From an uncultured Candidatus Saccharibacteria bacterium (GTDB lineage Bacteria > Patescibacteriota > SICC01): a stretch of DNA of 58,799 bases. The first letter of the stretch is position 1; each line of letters starts with the position of its first letter. The notes below the pieces were generated by a model. The model searched no databases and was not told the origin of the DNA. It was given only the letters and a program-made list of their open reading frames with translations. Where the stretch lies: positions 1-58,799 of the forward strand of contig CAZGHP010000003.1 in NCBI GenBank assembly GCA_964525455.1. Direction: 5' to 3'. Made by a program: the position numbers and the translations under genes. Positions 1 through 9,239 of the stretch are shown here, piece by piece.

Positions 1-249
1 GGCGCGGGCCTGGGCGGCGTGCTCGCGGCCTCGGGCCGCGTCGGTGCGTTCGGCTGGACGGTGCTGACCGGCTTCGCGCTCGGCATGATCATCGGGTCGG
101 TCAAACCGCCGAATCTTGCGGCATACGCAAGCTACGCTTCCGCCTCCGTGAAAGGCATCATCATCATCCTGATGGTACTCGGGGCGCTTATCGTCGGCAT
201 ATTGTTCGGCGCGGTCGTCGGCGCGGATCTCTTACCAGCCGGAGAGTGA
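1..249 (+). CDS. Small hydrophobic membrane protein, probably 5'-truncated by the window edge
   Basis: Frame 1 is open from base 1 to the TGA at 247-249. The track ORF (19..249) starts at an internal GTG. Two hydrophobic helices are present (GWTVLTGFALGMIIG; IIIILMVLGALIVGILFGAVVG). No family recognised. Confidence 0.35.
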   Translation, partial: GAGLGGVLAASGRVGAFGWTVLTGFALGMIIGSVKPPNLAAYASYASASVKGIIIILMVLGALIVGILFGAVVGADLLPAGE

Positions 250-252
250 CGC

Positions 253-281
253 CTGACTGCGCCGTGATTATTCCGTAGACT
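253..281 (+). promoter_or_regulatory. Possible sigma70-type promoter for dnaJ (CTGACT-17-TAGACT)
   Basis: Hexamers are at 253-258 and 276-281 with a 17-nt spacer. The -10 ends 9 nt before the dnaJ ATG (291) and there is no Shine-Dalgarno sequence, so the transcript may be leaderless or near-leaderless. Confidence 0.3.
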
Positions 282-290
282 GGATACGTT

Positions 291-1442
291 ATGCCTACGA
301 ACAAGGACCATTACGACATCCTCGGCGTTCCGCGACAGGCTTCCACTGGTGACATCAAGAAGGCCTACCGGAAGCTGGCGCACAAGCACCATCCCGACAA
401 GGGCGGGACGCGGGAGGACGAGGAGAAATTCCGGGAAGTGCAGGAAGCGTACGAAGTGCTTTCTGATGACCAGAAGCGGGCGGCGTATGACCAGTTCGGC
501 CACGCCGGCGCGGCGAACGCCGGGGCGGGTCCCGGCTTCGGTGGCGGGAGCGGCTTCAGCGGCTTCCAAGGCAGCGCCGAAGGGTTCGATTTCAATTCGT
601 TCGGCGACATCTTCGAGCAGTTCTTCACCGGCTTCGGCGGAGCCGGCACGCGCCAACGGGGACCGTCGCGCGGTTCGGACCTCCAGGTCAGCGTGACGGT
701 GGAGTTCGAAGAAGCGGTCCGCGGCGGCCAGAAAGAGGTTTCGCTGACCCGTCGAGCCACCTGCGGGACTTGTGACGGCGGCGGCGCGGCCAAGGGGGCG
801 AAGATCGTCACCTGTCAGCGCTGCGGTGGACGCGGCGAGGTGCAGGTCACCCGGCGGACGGTCCTCGGCACGATGGCACAGGTGGCCCAGTGTCCGGAGT
901 GCCACGGGCAAGGCAAGCGCCCGGAGAAGGCGTGCCCGACCTGCGGTGGCGAAGGCCGGGTACAGAAGAAGGAGACGCTGTCGGTGAAAATCCCGCCCGG
1001 AATCGATGACGGCCAGACGATCCGCGTGCAAGGTGCGGGCGAGGCCGGCGAACGCGGCGCGCCGTCCGGCCACGCCTATGTGATCATCCGGGTGAAGCCG
1101 TCGAAAGTGTTCGAACGCGACGGCGCGGACCTCCGGCTGGTGGTCCCGGTGAGCTTTCCGCAGGCTGCTCTCGGTGATTCGATCGAAGTGCCGACGCCGA
1201 CCGGCGGCACGACCACGCTCAAGATACCGGCCGGCACGCAGAGCGGAGCCTCCTTCAAGCTCAGGGGCGAAGGCATGCCGAAGCTCGGTTCCGCCGCCCG
1301 CGGGGACCTCACCGTGACGGTGCAGGTCGTCGTGCCGAAGAAGCTCTCCGCGGAGGAACGGAAGCTCGTGGAGGAACTTGCCCGGCGGACCGGGAAGGCC
1401 CACGGCGGCAAATCGGGCCTGTTCGGCAGGCTCGGGCTATAA
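291..1442 (+). CDS. dnaJ: Molecular chaperone DnaJ (Hsp40)
   Basis: J-domain with HPD motif (DHYDILGV...[13 protein letters not shown]). Gly/Phe-rich linker. Four CxxCxGxG zinc-finger repeats ([32 protein letters not shown]). Typical C-terminal domains. Confidence 0.95.
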   Translation: MPTNKDHYDILGVPRQASTGDIKKAYRKLAHKHHPDKGGTREDEEKFREVQEAYEVLSDDQKRAAYDQFGHAGAANAGAGPGFGGGSGFSGFQGSAEGFDFNSFGDIFEQFFTGFGGAGTRQRGPSRGSDLQVSVTVEFEEAVRGGQKEVSLTRRATCGTCDGGGAAKGAKIVTCQRCGGRGEVQVTRRTVLGTMAQVAQCPECHGQGKRPEKACPTCGGEGRVQKKETLSVKIPPGIDDGQTIRVQGAGEAGERGAPSGHAYVIIRVKPSKVFERDGADLRLVVPVSFPQAALGDSIEVPTPTGGTTTLKIPAGTQSGASFKLRGEGMPKLGSAARGDLTVTVQVVVPKKLSAEERKLVEELARRTGKAHGGKSGLFGRLGL

Positions 1443-1509
1443 AAACAGCTTGTCGCCCGCCTGTGGAAGTAGTACGCTCTTCACAGGAAACCAAAATTAA
1501 TACACCACC

Positions 1510-2028
1510 GTGGAACTTTTTACCGGACTCGATGTGAACAGCCCCAGTTGGGACTTGTTCATCTTCCTTTTCTTCATCGTCGCGACGTTCGTCTACGGCT
1601 TCACGCTGGGGCGTTCGCGGATCATGGTGCTCTTGGTCAGTACCTACATGGCGTTGGCGCTCACGCAAACGGCGCCGTTCCTGGGCGGGACGGAGGGAGT
1701 GACCGTCGGTTCCAGTCCGTTCTTCGTGGTGCAGATCACGGCGTTCGTGGCCACGATGCTGCTGATCTTCTTCTTCCTCTCGAACTCCGCGCTCCGGCGG
1801 GCATTCGCCGCGACCGAGATCCAGGGCAAGGCCTGGCAGATCATCGTCTTCTCGATCCTCCACGCGGGGCTGCTCGTTTCCGTCGTGCTTTCGTTCGTAC
1901 CGCCGGACCGCCGGGCCGCGTTGCTCGATGGCACCCAGAACTTGTTCGCGACCGAGACCGCGCTGTTCGTGTGGACGCTCCTGCCGGTCATCGTGATGAT
2001 GCTCGTACGGGATCCGGAAGAAGACTAG
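1510..2028 (+). CDS. Hypothetical multi-pass membrane protein
   Basis: GTG start. 172 aa with 4-5 hydrophobic segments and coding-like composition. No recognisable family. Confidence 0.55.
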   Translation: MELFTGLDVNSPSWDLFIFLFFIVATFVYGFTLGRSRIMVLLVSTYMALALTQTAPFLGGTEGVTVGSSPFFVVQITAFVATMLLIFFFLSNSALRRAFAATEIQGKAWQIIVFSILHAGLLVSVVLSFVPPDRRAALLDGTQNLFATETALFVWTLLPVIVMMLVRDPEED

Positions 2029-2076
2029 TTTCGCCTAGCCAGCCGGCATGAAGTTTGCCCGTTTTTTCGCGTTCAG

Positions 2077-2105
2077 TTGCAAAAGAAGCTTAACTATGGT
2101 ATTAT
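2077..2105 (+). promoter_or_regulatory. Sigma70-type promoter (TTGCAA-17-TATTAT)
   Basis: -35 at 2077-2082 and -10 at 2100-2105, in an AT-rich island within otherwise GC-rich DNA, upstream of CDS 2131. Confidence 0.45.
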
Positions 2106-2130
2106 TCTTCCCTATTAATCGGAGAATGTA

Positions 2131-2439
2131 ATGAATCGAGCTGAACAATCGGGCGTAGACTCAGGTCCGGAAACCCCTCGGGAAATCGTAGATGCCGCGA
2201 TCGAAGGCGTGGAAAGCGAGGATACTCGGGGCCTCTTGGAAGACCTTCGGGATGTGCAGATTGAGATTGGCCAGAACTTGGGAGATCGTGGCGGTAGAAC
2301 GACGCCCGATAGCGAGGATCGTTTCCGCCGGTCGCAGGAGATCCTGCACGCACTCAGCACTCGCGTAGAGGAGCCTGGTGTGCGCGACGCAGTCGGAGCC
2401 ATTAGGGAAAACCTCATGACCTTCGCTTCGGCTGAATGA
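2131..2439 (+). CDS. Hypothetical acidic soluble protein (102 aa)
   Basis: ATG preceded by GGAGAA. Asp/Glu-rich helical-looking product. No family recognised. Confidence 0.5.
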   Translation: MNRAEQSGVDSGPETPREIVDAAIEGVESEDTRGLLEDLRDVQIEIGQNLGDRGGRTTPDSEDRFRRSQEILHALSTRVEEPGVRDAVGAIRENLMTFASAE

Positions 2440-2513
2440 TCTTGCCGTTTTGAAACGTAAGATTATTTGGTGACTTCGCGCATCTTGGTCCGTCACAGTA
2501 CAATACGTACGCT

Positions 2514-2586
2514 GCCCCGGTAGCTCAGTTGGCAGAGCAGTGGGCTTTTAACCCATGTGTCGGGGGTTCGAGACCCTCCCGGGGCA
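2514..2586 (+). tRNA. tRNA-Lys (anticodon UUU)
   Basis: Hand-folded cloverleaf. Acceptor stem GCCCCGG/CCGGGGC with discriminator A. D-arm TAGCTCAGTTGGCAGAGC. Anticodon stem GTGGG/CCCAT around loop CT-TTT-AA. T-arm GGGGG-TTCGAGA-CCCTC. CCA is not encoded. Confidence 0.9.
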
Positions 2587-2610
2587 CAGTTGCATAACGC
2601 GTTTCTTTTT

Positions 2611-3183
2611 TCAAAGAGGGCTGAGCGAATCGGAACCCTGCGAAATGTCCATCGGCCGCATACCGAGTCCTTTCGCGGTTTCCAGGTGCGCCGGCCTTAT
2701 ATCCACGAATGGCAGGCCTTCCCGTGGGTGTTGCAGCCGCTCGGCGGCAAGCTTCAGTAATCCTGCGTAGTCGCGGCGCTCATCCAGCTCGGAGCCGATC
2801 ACATGCACGTGGAGCAGTTCATCGAGCTGGTAGCGTTTCCGGAAGTGGGCGACGAAGTCCGGCGTGGCGTCGGAGACGAGTCCCAGCACGTGGGTCGGTG
2901 ACTGCACCCGGATCCGACCGAGTACCGATTGCTCCACTTCCGCGCCGTTGATCGCGAACATCGAGAGCGTCTCGATTTCCTCGAGCGCAAGCCGCATCGC
3001 GACGCGTCCCCAATGCTCGCTCTGGGTAATCTCACCGCGGTCGTAGGCCGGTTGGGAGTCGGCGATCGCGGCAACCACGTCCTCTTCGGAACGCTCCAAC
3101 CCCTCGGCGATGCTTTCCGTGGCCTGGCCGAGATCGTCGCGCACGATCGCGCCCAAATCGTAGAGAATGGTCGGTTTCTGCAT
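2611..3183 (-). CDS. HAD-superfamily-like hydrolase (YihX-like, motifs partly degenerate)
   Basis: Motif I-like ILYDLGAIV (compare FDLGNV in YihX-type HADs). Motif II-like GLVSDATP. C-terminal VDIRPAHLETAKGLGM resembles motif III/IV. I prefer the start MQKPT at 3183 over the ORF-track start at 3207. Confidence 0.5.
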   Translation of the reverse strand: MQKPTILYDLGAIVRDDLGQATESIAEGLERSEEDVVAAIADSQPAYDRGEITQSEHWGRVAMRLALEEIETLSMFAINGAEVEQSVLGRIRVQSPTHVLGLVSDATPDFVAHFRKRYQLDELLHVHVIGSELDERRDYAGLLKLAAERLQHPREGLPFVDIRPAHLETAKGLGMRPMDISQGSDSLSPL

Positions 3184-3230
3184 ACGCGCAGCATAGCAAA
3201 CCGGCATGTCCCCGCGACACGCTCCGGCAC

Positions 3231-3259
3231 TTGACAGATGGCTGTTTTTTCGCTATGAT
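3231..3259 (+). promoter_or_regulatory. Sigma70-type promoter (TTGACA-17-TATGAT)
   Basis: Consensus -35 at 3231-3236 and -10 at 3254-3259, 23 nt upstream of the S8-SpoIID CDS. Confidence 0.55.
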
Positions 3260-3282
3260 TAGACAATTTTTCAGATATACCA

Positions 3283-6200
3283 ATGACACGCAGCCTCAAG
3301 AGAATCCTCCTTTCCACCGGCCTGGTCGCGCTCGGCGTGACCGCATTGACGTTGGGCGGGGCCTTTTCACGTCCCGCCGCACCGGCGGCACTCGATACGG
3401 CGGAACGGATCGATTCGGTCAGCGAGGTGGCGGGCAAGCCCGTCGAGACCGTCACGGTGGATGGCCGTAAGACGAAAGCGGCGGCGGGGCATCTGGTCGT
3501 CGTGCTTGAGGACACCGCCGCCAAAGCGCGGTTCGGTGACCGTCTTACGCCGACCACCATTCCCGATACCTACCTGCTGGCGATCGACGGCCCGGTCGAG
3601 GCCGAGCGGCGACGCGTGGCCGCGCTGCCAGGCGTGGAGCGGGCTGCCCCGGACTACGTCGTGACCGCGACCCGTACCCCCGACGACCCGCAATACGCTA
3701 CCCATCAGTGGAACCTTTCGAAGATTTCCGCGCCGCAGGCCTGGGACCGCACCGTCGGCGATGATTCGGCGCTGGTCGCGGACATCGACACCGGCGTCAA
3801 CCGGAATCACCAGGATCTCGCTGCCCGGATGTGGACGAACGAGGAGGAGATACCCGGTAACGACCTGGATGACGACGACAACGGTTACATCGATGACGAC
3901 ACCGGCATGGACTTCGTGCACGCGACCCAACCTGGCGGCGTTTTCAAGAACGACGGCAACGGTCCGCTCGATGATCACGGCCACGGCACCCTGACGGCTT
4001 CCGTCACCGGCGCCGCGACCGACAACGCGACGGGAATCGCCGGCGTGGATTGGCGGGCCAAGGTCGTCGCGGTCAAGGTGCTCGACGAGGACGGCTTCGG
4101 CCTGTTCTCTGACGTGGCGGAAGGCATCCGCTACGCGTCCATCGTCGGCGCGGAGGCTGCCAACCTGAGCCTCGGCGCGTTCGGCGTGAGCAGCGATTTC
4201 ATGACCGACGAAGCGATCGAGTTCGCGACGGACCGCGGGACGGTGGTCATCGCGGCATCCGGCAACGACGGCTCGGCGAGCATCGTGGATTACCCGGCCA
4301 AGCATCCCGACGCGATCGCGGTCGGTGCTACCACCTCGACCGATGCGCGTGCCGGATACTCCAACGGCGGCGCGGAACTGGACCTGGTGGCGCCGGGTTC
4401 CGGTATCCGCGGCGCGGGACTCGGCAGCACCAGCTATATCAACGCCAGCGGGACGTCGCTCTCTACCCCCGAAGTCACGGGCGTGGTCAGCCTGCTCAAA
4501 AGCATGAAACCGGAGCTGACCACGGCGGAGGCCCGCGAGATCCTTCATGAGTCGGCGGACAAGGTCTCCGGCATGGGCGGCGCGAACCGGACGAACGGCT
4601 ACGGTTACGGCCGGCTCAACGCCAAGCGGGCGTTGGACCAGGTCAAGCCGTACTCCGCGCAATGGGCCGGCCAGTCGGCCCCTCCGGCCGTCAGTTCCGG
4701 CGAAGACTCCTCGGTCTACGTCGACTTCAAGAACAACGGCACCCAGGCCTGGTCGAATACCGGAGCGAATCCGGTACGGCTCGGTACCAGCCACCCGCGC
4801 GACCGTCAGTCGCCGTTCTATAACTCGACCTGGCTGGCGCCGAACCGCGTGGGAACCTTTACCGGCCGGCTCGAGGCGGGCGGCGACGTTACCACGACCG
4901 ACACGATCGAGCCCGGCGAGACCGCCCGTTTCGTCTTCACGATGACGGCCCCGCCCCGTTCCTCCGCCGCGAACCTTCGGGAATACTTCCAGCCGGTGGT
5001 CGAAAGCATCACCTGGCTTGAGGACTGGGGCGTCTATCTGGAGGCTTCAGTACCGGCTCGCACGTACGCTTACCAGTACGTCGGCCAGACCAGCCTCACC
5101 GGCGTGATGCAGCCGAACGAGCGCCAGGAAGTGACGATTGACCTAGAGAATACCGGTACCGCCACCTGGCGCAACGATACCTCGTACGACTTCAAGCTCG
5201 CCACCAGTCACGCGCGGGATCGATCGAGCGGCGCGTACAACGACACCTGGCAGGCTCCCAACCGCGCCGGTGCGTTCAAGGGGACGGTAGCCGTCGGCAT
5301 CCTGACGGAGACGAACCAGGTCGAGCCCGGCGAGACTGCCCGTTTCAGTTTCGACATCAAGGCGCCGTCCGGTGGAACGAACCATAAGGAATATTTCCAG
5401 CCGGTAGTGGAACGGTTCGGCTGGCTCAACGACATCGGGATCTACTGGCCGGTGGTCGTGCCCTCCAAACCGTACGATTATGCCTACGTCAGCCAGACCG
5501 GCTTGAGCGGCGTCCTTGAGCAGGGCGAGACCGGAACGCTTAAACTCCGGCTCCGCAACACCGGTTTCTCGGACTGGGAATCGGCTGGCGGCACCCCGTT
5601 CCGCATCGGCACCGACCGCCCGCGGGACCGCGCCTCGGGCTTCGCGGACGGCGGATCGGCGGCCGGCTGGATCGGTACGAACCGGGTGAAGCTCACGCGC
5701 AACCTGACGGATCCCGCCAAGGACGTCGGCGGGGAGACGACAGTGGCGCCCGGCGAGACCGGTGAGTTCGAATTCGAGGTCGTCGCGAACCCGGCCCCGG
5801 GAACCTACAAGGAATACTTCCGGCCGGTAGCAGATGGCGTCGGCTGGCTCAAGGATATCGGTATCCATTGGAGCGTGGGTGTCAGCCACCCGATCGATGT
5901 CGGCCTGGCCCAGCAAAGCACGGCGACGTTCACCTCGAACGGCACCGTGACGATCCGCGACGTCCTCGGCGCGGTCCGCGGTACGGCCGCCGCGGGACAG
6001 ACCGTCACGCTCCGCCACACCGGCACGTCCTACCAGGCGGTATTGCCGAGCGGGACGATCACCTCGTGCTGCGCGCTGACCGCGGAGCAGGGTGCTTCGA
6101 ACGTCTTCACCGTCTCCAATCTCGCTGACGGCGGGTCCAACAATCGGTTCCGCGGCGCGTTCTCCGTGCGGAACGGGAACGTGGGGGCGTGGCTGGTGAA

Positions 6201-6963
6201 CACGATCAATCTTGAGGAATACATGCGCGGCCTCGGGGAGGTGCCGGATTCCTGGCCGATCGAGTCGATCAAGGCCCAGGTCGTGGCCGCTCGGACCTAC
6301 GCGGCCCGGAAGGTCGAAGCGCCGAAGACGAACATCTTTGACCTCTACGACGACACGCGCGACCAGGTCTACCGCGGATACAACCGCGAGATCATCCAAC
6401 CGAACCACGTGAGCGCGACCAACGCGACCAAGGGCAAGGTGGTCAAGCGGAGCGGCGCGCTGATCCAGGCGTTCTACAGCTCGAACGCCGCCGGGTTCAC
6501 CGCTTCTAACGAAGAAGTCTGGGGTGGCTCACCGATCAACTATCTGCGCGGGAAGGCGGACAGCTATTCGCTGGCGTCCGACACCGACCACCTCTGGCCG
6601 GACACGACCGCCCGTGCCACGATCAAGGCGAACTACGGCTACGGCTGCACGGTGACCGGCGTGAGCATTCCGGCAAAGTACGTCTCGGGCCGGATGAAGA
6701 CAGTGCGGCTCTCCGGTAGCGGCTGCGCCACCAAGGACTATACGCTTGCCGCCGACACTCACCGGAGCCGGCTGGGACTGCCGTCCTCACAGGTGACGGG
6801 CGTTAGCAAGAGCGGGACGAACTTCGTGTTCGCGGGCAAGGGATTCGGACACGGCATCGGCATGAGCCAGTGGGGGGCCAACCGCCGCGCGGCGGAGGGT
6901 CAGAGCTACTCGACGATCCTCGGGTTCTACTACACCGGCGTGTCGATCGGGAACCTGTACTAG
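3283..6963 (+). CDS. Secreted multidomain cell-wall protein: subtilisin-like S8 protease, three Ig-like repeats and a SpoIID/LytB domain
   Basis: Signal/anchor segment (ILLSTGLVALGVTALTLGGA). S8 catalytic triad motifs VADIDTGV (Asp), HGHGTLTAS (His) and SGTSLSTPEVTG (Ser). Three repeats of about 135 aa. C-terminal SpoIID motifs (EEYMRGLGEVPDSWPIESIKAQVVAARTYA, FYSSNAAGFT, GHGIGMSQWGA). Confidence 0.9.
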   Translation: MTRSLKRILLSTGLVALGVTALTLGGAFSRPAAPAALDTAERIDSVSEVAGKPVETVTVDGRKTKAAAGHLVVVLEDTAAKARFGDRLTPTTIPDTYLLAIDGPVEAERRRVAALPGVERAAPDYVVTATRTPDDPQYATHQWNLSKISAPQAWDRTVGDDSALVADIDTGVNRNHQDLAARMWTNEEEIPGNDLDDDDNGYIDDDTGMDFVHATQPGGVFKNDGNGPLDDHGHGTLTASVTGAATDNATGIAGVDWRAKVVAVKVLDEDGFGLFSDVAEGIRYASIVGAEAANLSLGAFGVSSDFMTDEAIEFATDRGTVVIAASGNDGSASIVDYPAKHPDAIAVGATTSTDARAGYSNGGAELDLVAPGSGIRGAGLGSTSYINASGTSLSTPEVTGVVSLLKSMKPELTTAEAREILHESADKVSGMGGANRTNGYGYGRLNAKRALDQVKPYSAQWAGQSAPPAVSSGEDSSVYVDFKNNGTQAWSNTGANPVRLGTSHPRDRQSPFYNSTWLAPNRVGTFTGRLEAGGDVTTTDTIEPGETARFVFTMTAPPRSSAANLREYFQPVVESITWLEDWGVYLEASVPARTYAYQYVGQTSLTGVMQPNERQEVTIDLENTGTATWRNDTSYDFKLATSHARDRSSGAYNDTWQAPNRAGAFKGTVAVGILTETNQVEPGETARFSFDIKAPSGGTNHKEYFQPVVERFGWLNDIGIYWPVVVPSKPYDYAYVSQTGLSGVLEQGETGTLKLRLRNTGFSDWESAGGTPFRIGTDRPRDRASGFADGGSAAGWIGTNRVKLTRNLTDPAKDVGGETTVAPGETGEFEFEVVANPAPGTYKEYFRPVADGVGWLKDIGIHWSVGVSHPIDVGLAQQSTATFTSNGTVTIRDVLGAVRGTAAAGQTVTLRHTGTSYQAVLPSGTITSCCALTAEQGASNVFTVSNLADGGSNNRFRGAFSVRNGNVGAWLVNTINLEEYMRGLGEVPDSWPIESIKAQVVAARTYAARKVEAPKTNIFDLYDDTRDQVYRGYNREIIQPNHVSATNATKGKVVKRSGALIQAFYSSNAAGFTASNEEVWGGSPINYLRGKADSYSLASDTDHLWPDTTARATIKANYGYGCTVTGVSIPAKYVSGRMKTVRLSGSGCATKDYTLAADTHRSRLGLPSSQVTGVSKSGTNFVFAGKGFGHGIGMSQWGANRRAAEGQSYSTILGFYYTGVSIGNLY
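4651..5883 (+). repeat. Three tandem protein-level repeats of about 135 aa (possibly NBR1/FW-type Ig-like fold) inside the S8-SpoIID CDS
   Basis: Units start at 4651, 5065 and 5473. Shared pattern: Y.Y..Q...(V/L)..GE......L.N.G...W......(R/K)(L/I)(G/A)T..PRDR.S.F.....W...NR......V.PGETA.F.F.......G...EYF.PV.....W(L)(E/N/K)D.GI(Y/H)W.V.V. Confidence 0.75.
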
Positions 6964-7030
6964 CGGGTTAGCAACCCACTGATACCTACGCTGCTGGCGT
7001 AAGCAGGCGAGCTTATGATATTCTGGCTAC

Positions 7031-8413
7031 GTGAAGCAACCGACCTTTTTATTGGCGGCCGGCTTCATCGCCGGGATTGGTATGGTCTCGTGGCTACCGA
7101 CCGTCTGGGTCCTGGTGGTGTGTGCGGTTTCCCTGTTGTTACGGGCGCCGCTGGTAGCGGTAGGCTTGGCGTTCGGCGGGATTCGCCTGCTGTCCGCACC
7201 GCTCGAGCCGCCTCCGGACGATCTGGTCGCGCTGGCCGGGCAGACGGTGGAAATCAGAGGATCGATCGTCGGCTTTCCGGAACAACGTGACGGTTACCAG
7301 CAATTCGTCATGGAGGGACGCTCGGGCGTGTTCCATGGCAAAACGTTAGTCCGTACAGATCCCTTGCTTGCAGCGACGCCGGGTGATGAGGTTACGTTAT
7401 CCGGCAGCCTGAAGGCCCCGGAGCCGTCTCCGGACTTCGACTACCGCAGCTACCTTGCCAAGGACGGGATCCACTCGCTCACCTCCTATGCCGAAGTCTC
7501 GGTGATCGGTCGGGAGCGGACGCTGACAAGGCTCTTTTGGTCACTCCGCCGGACGTGGGTGAGCCAGCTCGAGCGGCAGTTCCCGGAACCGACCGCGGGG
7601 TTTCTGTTGGGTATCCTGATCGGTGAACGCTCGAGCCTGTCGGACGGACTAATCGAAGCATTTCGTCGGACCGGCACCACCCATATCCTGGCACTGTCCG
7701 GCTTTAACGTAAGCATCATCGTGGCGGGGATCATAGCCGTGTTAGGTCGCCGCCCGCCCGCCGTGATCGTGGCGCTGGCTTTCATCGCGGGCTTCGTGTT
7801 CCTGGTAGGCCCGGCGGCGTCGATCATCAGGGCGGCATTGATGGGCGGATTCCTGTTGCTCGGCCAGTTGCTCGGCCGGCCGCAACTGGCGACGTATGCG
7901 GCGATAATCACGGCTGCAGGAATGCTCGCGATCAATCCGCACGCGCTCCGCTATGACCTGGGCTTCGACCTTTCGTTCCTCGCCACGCTGGGAATCCTTC
8001 AGCTTGAGCCGGGACTGAACGACCGCCTACCGCGCCTGCCGGACGGTATCCGCGGCATCGTCGCGGCGACCTTGGCGGCGGGGCTTGTCACGGCGCCAGT
8101 CATCGCCGCCTCGTTCGGTTCGGTCAGCTTGGTGGCGCCGATCGCGAACCTGGTCGTCGTACCGATGATCCCCTGGCTGATGCTGGGCGGATTCGTCAGT
8201 ACCGTCCTCAGTTTCGTCGGTGAACCGGTGGCGGCGCTGCCCGCCCTGCTGACGGCGTGGGGTACCGTCTTGGTGCTGGAAGCCGTGACGGCGCTCGCGG
8301 AAATGCCACTCGCGGCGGTGTCGGTCGAGGCGGCTAAAGGGCCGGTGGCGGCGGGCCTGGCCGTTATCTGCGGAATCGTGGCGTTCCGACTGAGACGTCC
8401 GGCGCATGCGTAG
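7031..8413 (+). CDS. comEC: ComEC/Rec2 DNA-uptake channel: N-terminal OB-like (DUF4131-type) region plus polytopic Competence domain, with no MBL domain
   Basis: GTG start. Competence-domain signature (TGTTHILALSGFNVSII) and about 10 hydrophobic helices. Ends 8 nt into the next gene. Confidence 0.85.
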   Translation: MKQPTFLLAAGFIAGIGMVSWLPTVWVLVVCAVSLLLRAPLVAVGLAFGGIRLLSAPLEPPPDDLVALAGQTVEIRGSIVGFPEQRDGYQQFVMEGRSGVFHGKTLVRTDPLLAATPGDEVTLSGSLKAPEPSPDFDYRSYLAKDGIHSLTSYAEVSVIGRERTLTRLFWSLRRTWVSQLERQFPEPTAGFLLGILIGERSSLSDGLIEAFRRTGTTHILALSGFNVSIIVAGIIAVLGRRPPAVIVALAFIAGFVFLVGPAASIIRAALMGGFLLLGQLLGRPQLATYAAIITAAGMLAINPHALRYDLGFDLSFLATLGILQLEPGLNDRLPRLPDGIRGIVAATLAAGLVTAPVIAASFGSVSLVAPIANLVVVPMIPWLMLGGFVSTVLSFVGEPVAALPALLTAWGTVLVLEAVTALAEMPLAAVSVEAAKGPVAAGLAVICGIVAFRLRRPAHA

Positions 8414-9239
8414 GCCGGTCATCATCGTCGGCCTGCTCATCGCGGCGTGGGCGGCCGTATCTCTCTCGGCCGTTCCATCGGGCCTGACCGCTCGCGTGGA
8501 CTTTTTCGATGTCGGGCAGGGGGATGCGGCATTGATCAGCGCAGGGAACCAGCAGGTCTTGATCGACGGCGGCCCCGACCAGTCGGTGCTACGCGGTCTT
8601 GGTTCGGCGATGCCGCGTTCTGACCGCCGGATAGAACTGATCATCCTGACCCACCCGCACCTCGATCATTTCGGCGGGTTGATCCGGGTACTGGAACGCT
8701 ATGCGCCACCCATCTTATTGGTACGCCAGGGAAGTGACGATCCGGCGTATGCGCGGCTCCTCGAGACGGCGCGCGAGCATGGCACGGCGGTGCTTCCCGC
8801 GGCCGGACAGCGAATCCCGCTTCCCGGCGGTTCGCTGGATGTCATCGATCCGAGATCAGGATCCTCCCCGGAAGTGGCGAACCCGAATGATGCGTCGGTC
8901 ACCGTGCGGCTTACGCTGCGAGGAACGACATTCCTTTTTCCCGGAGATGCCGAGACGGCTCAGGAGCGGCGCCTGGTCTCGGCCGGCACCCTCGGCGCGA
9001 CGGTCCTGAAAGTACCCCACCATGGCAGCCGTACGTCTTCCACGCCCGCGTTCCTCGAAGCGGTGTCTCCGGCGGTGTGTGTCGTGTCGCTGGGCACGGA
9101 TAATCGCTACGGGCATCCGGATCCGGAGACGATGCGTCGGTTGGCGGACCACGGCTGCCGTGTCCTGCGCACGGACCAGCAGGGTACGGTATCGGTATCG
9201 CTCACGGATCGCGGTGCTTCGATCCGGACGGAGCGTTGA
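8406..9239 (+). CDS. ComEC-type metallo-beta-lactamase domain protein with its own N-terminal TM helix
   Basis: VDFFDVGQGDAALI, ILTHPHLDHFGGL, LFPGDAE and LKVPHHGSRTSS are the MBL motifs normally found at the C-terminus of full-length ComEC. The ATG at 8406 overlaps the upstream TAG (8411-8413). Confidence 0.85.
   Translation: MRRPVIIVGLLIAAWAAVSLSAVPSGLTARVDFFDVGQGDAALISAGNQQVLIDGGPDQSVLRGLGSAMPRSDRRIELIILTHPHLDHFGGLIRVLERYAPPILLVRQGSDDPAYARLLETAREHGTAVLPAAGQRIPLPGGSLDVIDPRSGSSPEVANPNDASVTVRLTLRGTTFLFPGDAETAQERRLVSAGTLGATVLKVPHHGSRTSSTPAFLEAVSPAVCVVSLGTDNRYGHPDPETMRRLADHGCRVLRTDQQGTVSVSLTDRGASIRTER

Noticed and set aside
132-1403. 423-aa ORF antisense to dnaJ, plus the nested ORFs at 349-696, 365-811 and 1076-1411.
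   Set aside because: It completely overlaps a textbook DnaJ on the other strand. The product is Arg/Gly/Pro/His/Leu-rich low-complexity sequence, typical of out-of-frame or antisense reading of GC-rich coding DNA.
2467-2504. Promoter for tRNA-Lys.
   Set aside because: A good TACAAT box (2499-2504) lies 9 nt before the mature 5' end, but I could not find a -35-like hexamer at 16-18 nt spacing. I did not list it as a feature.
3367-6408. Long antisense ORFs (3367-4794, 5143-6408) inside the S8-SpoIID gene.
   Set aside because: Same reasoning. The sense strand carries unmistakable S8 and SpoIID motifs, and the antisense products are Arg/Gly/Asp/Val-rich junk with no motifs.
7031-9239. Calling the split ComEC a pseudogene.
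   Set aside because: Both parts keep their diagnostic motifs, and the second has a proper ATG and its own TM helix. I report it as a split gene that needs read-level verification, not as a pseudogene.
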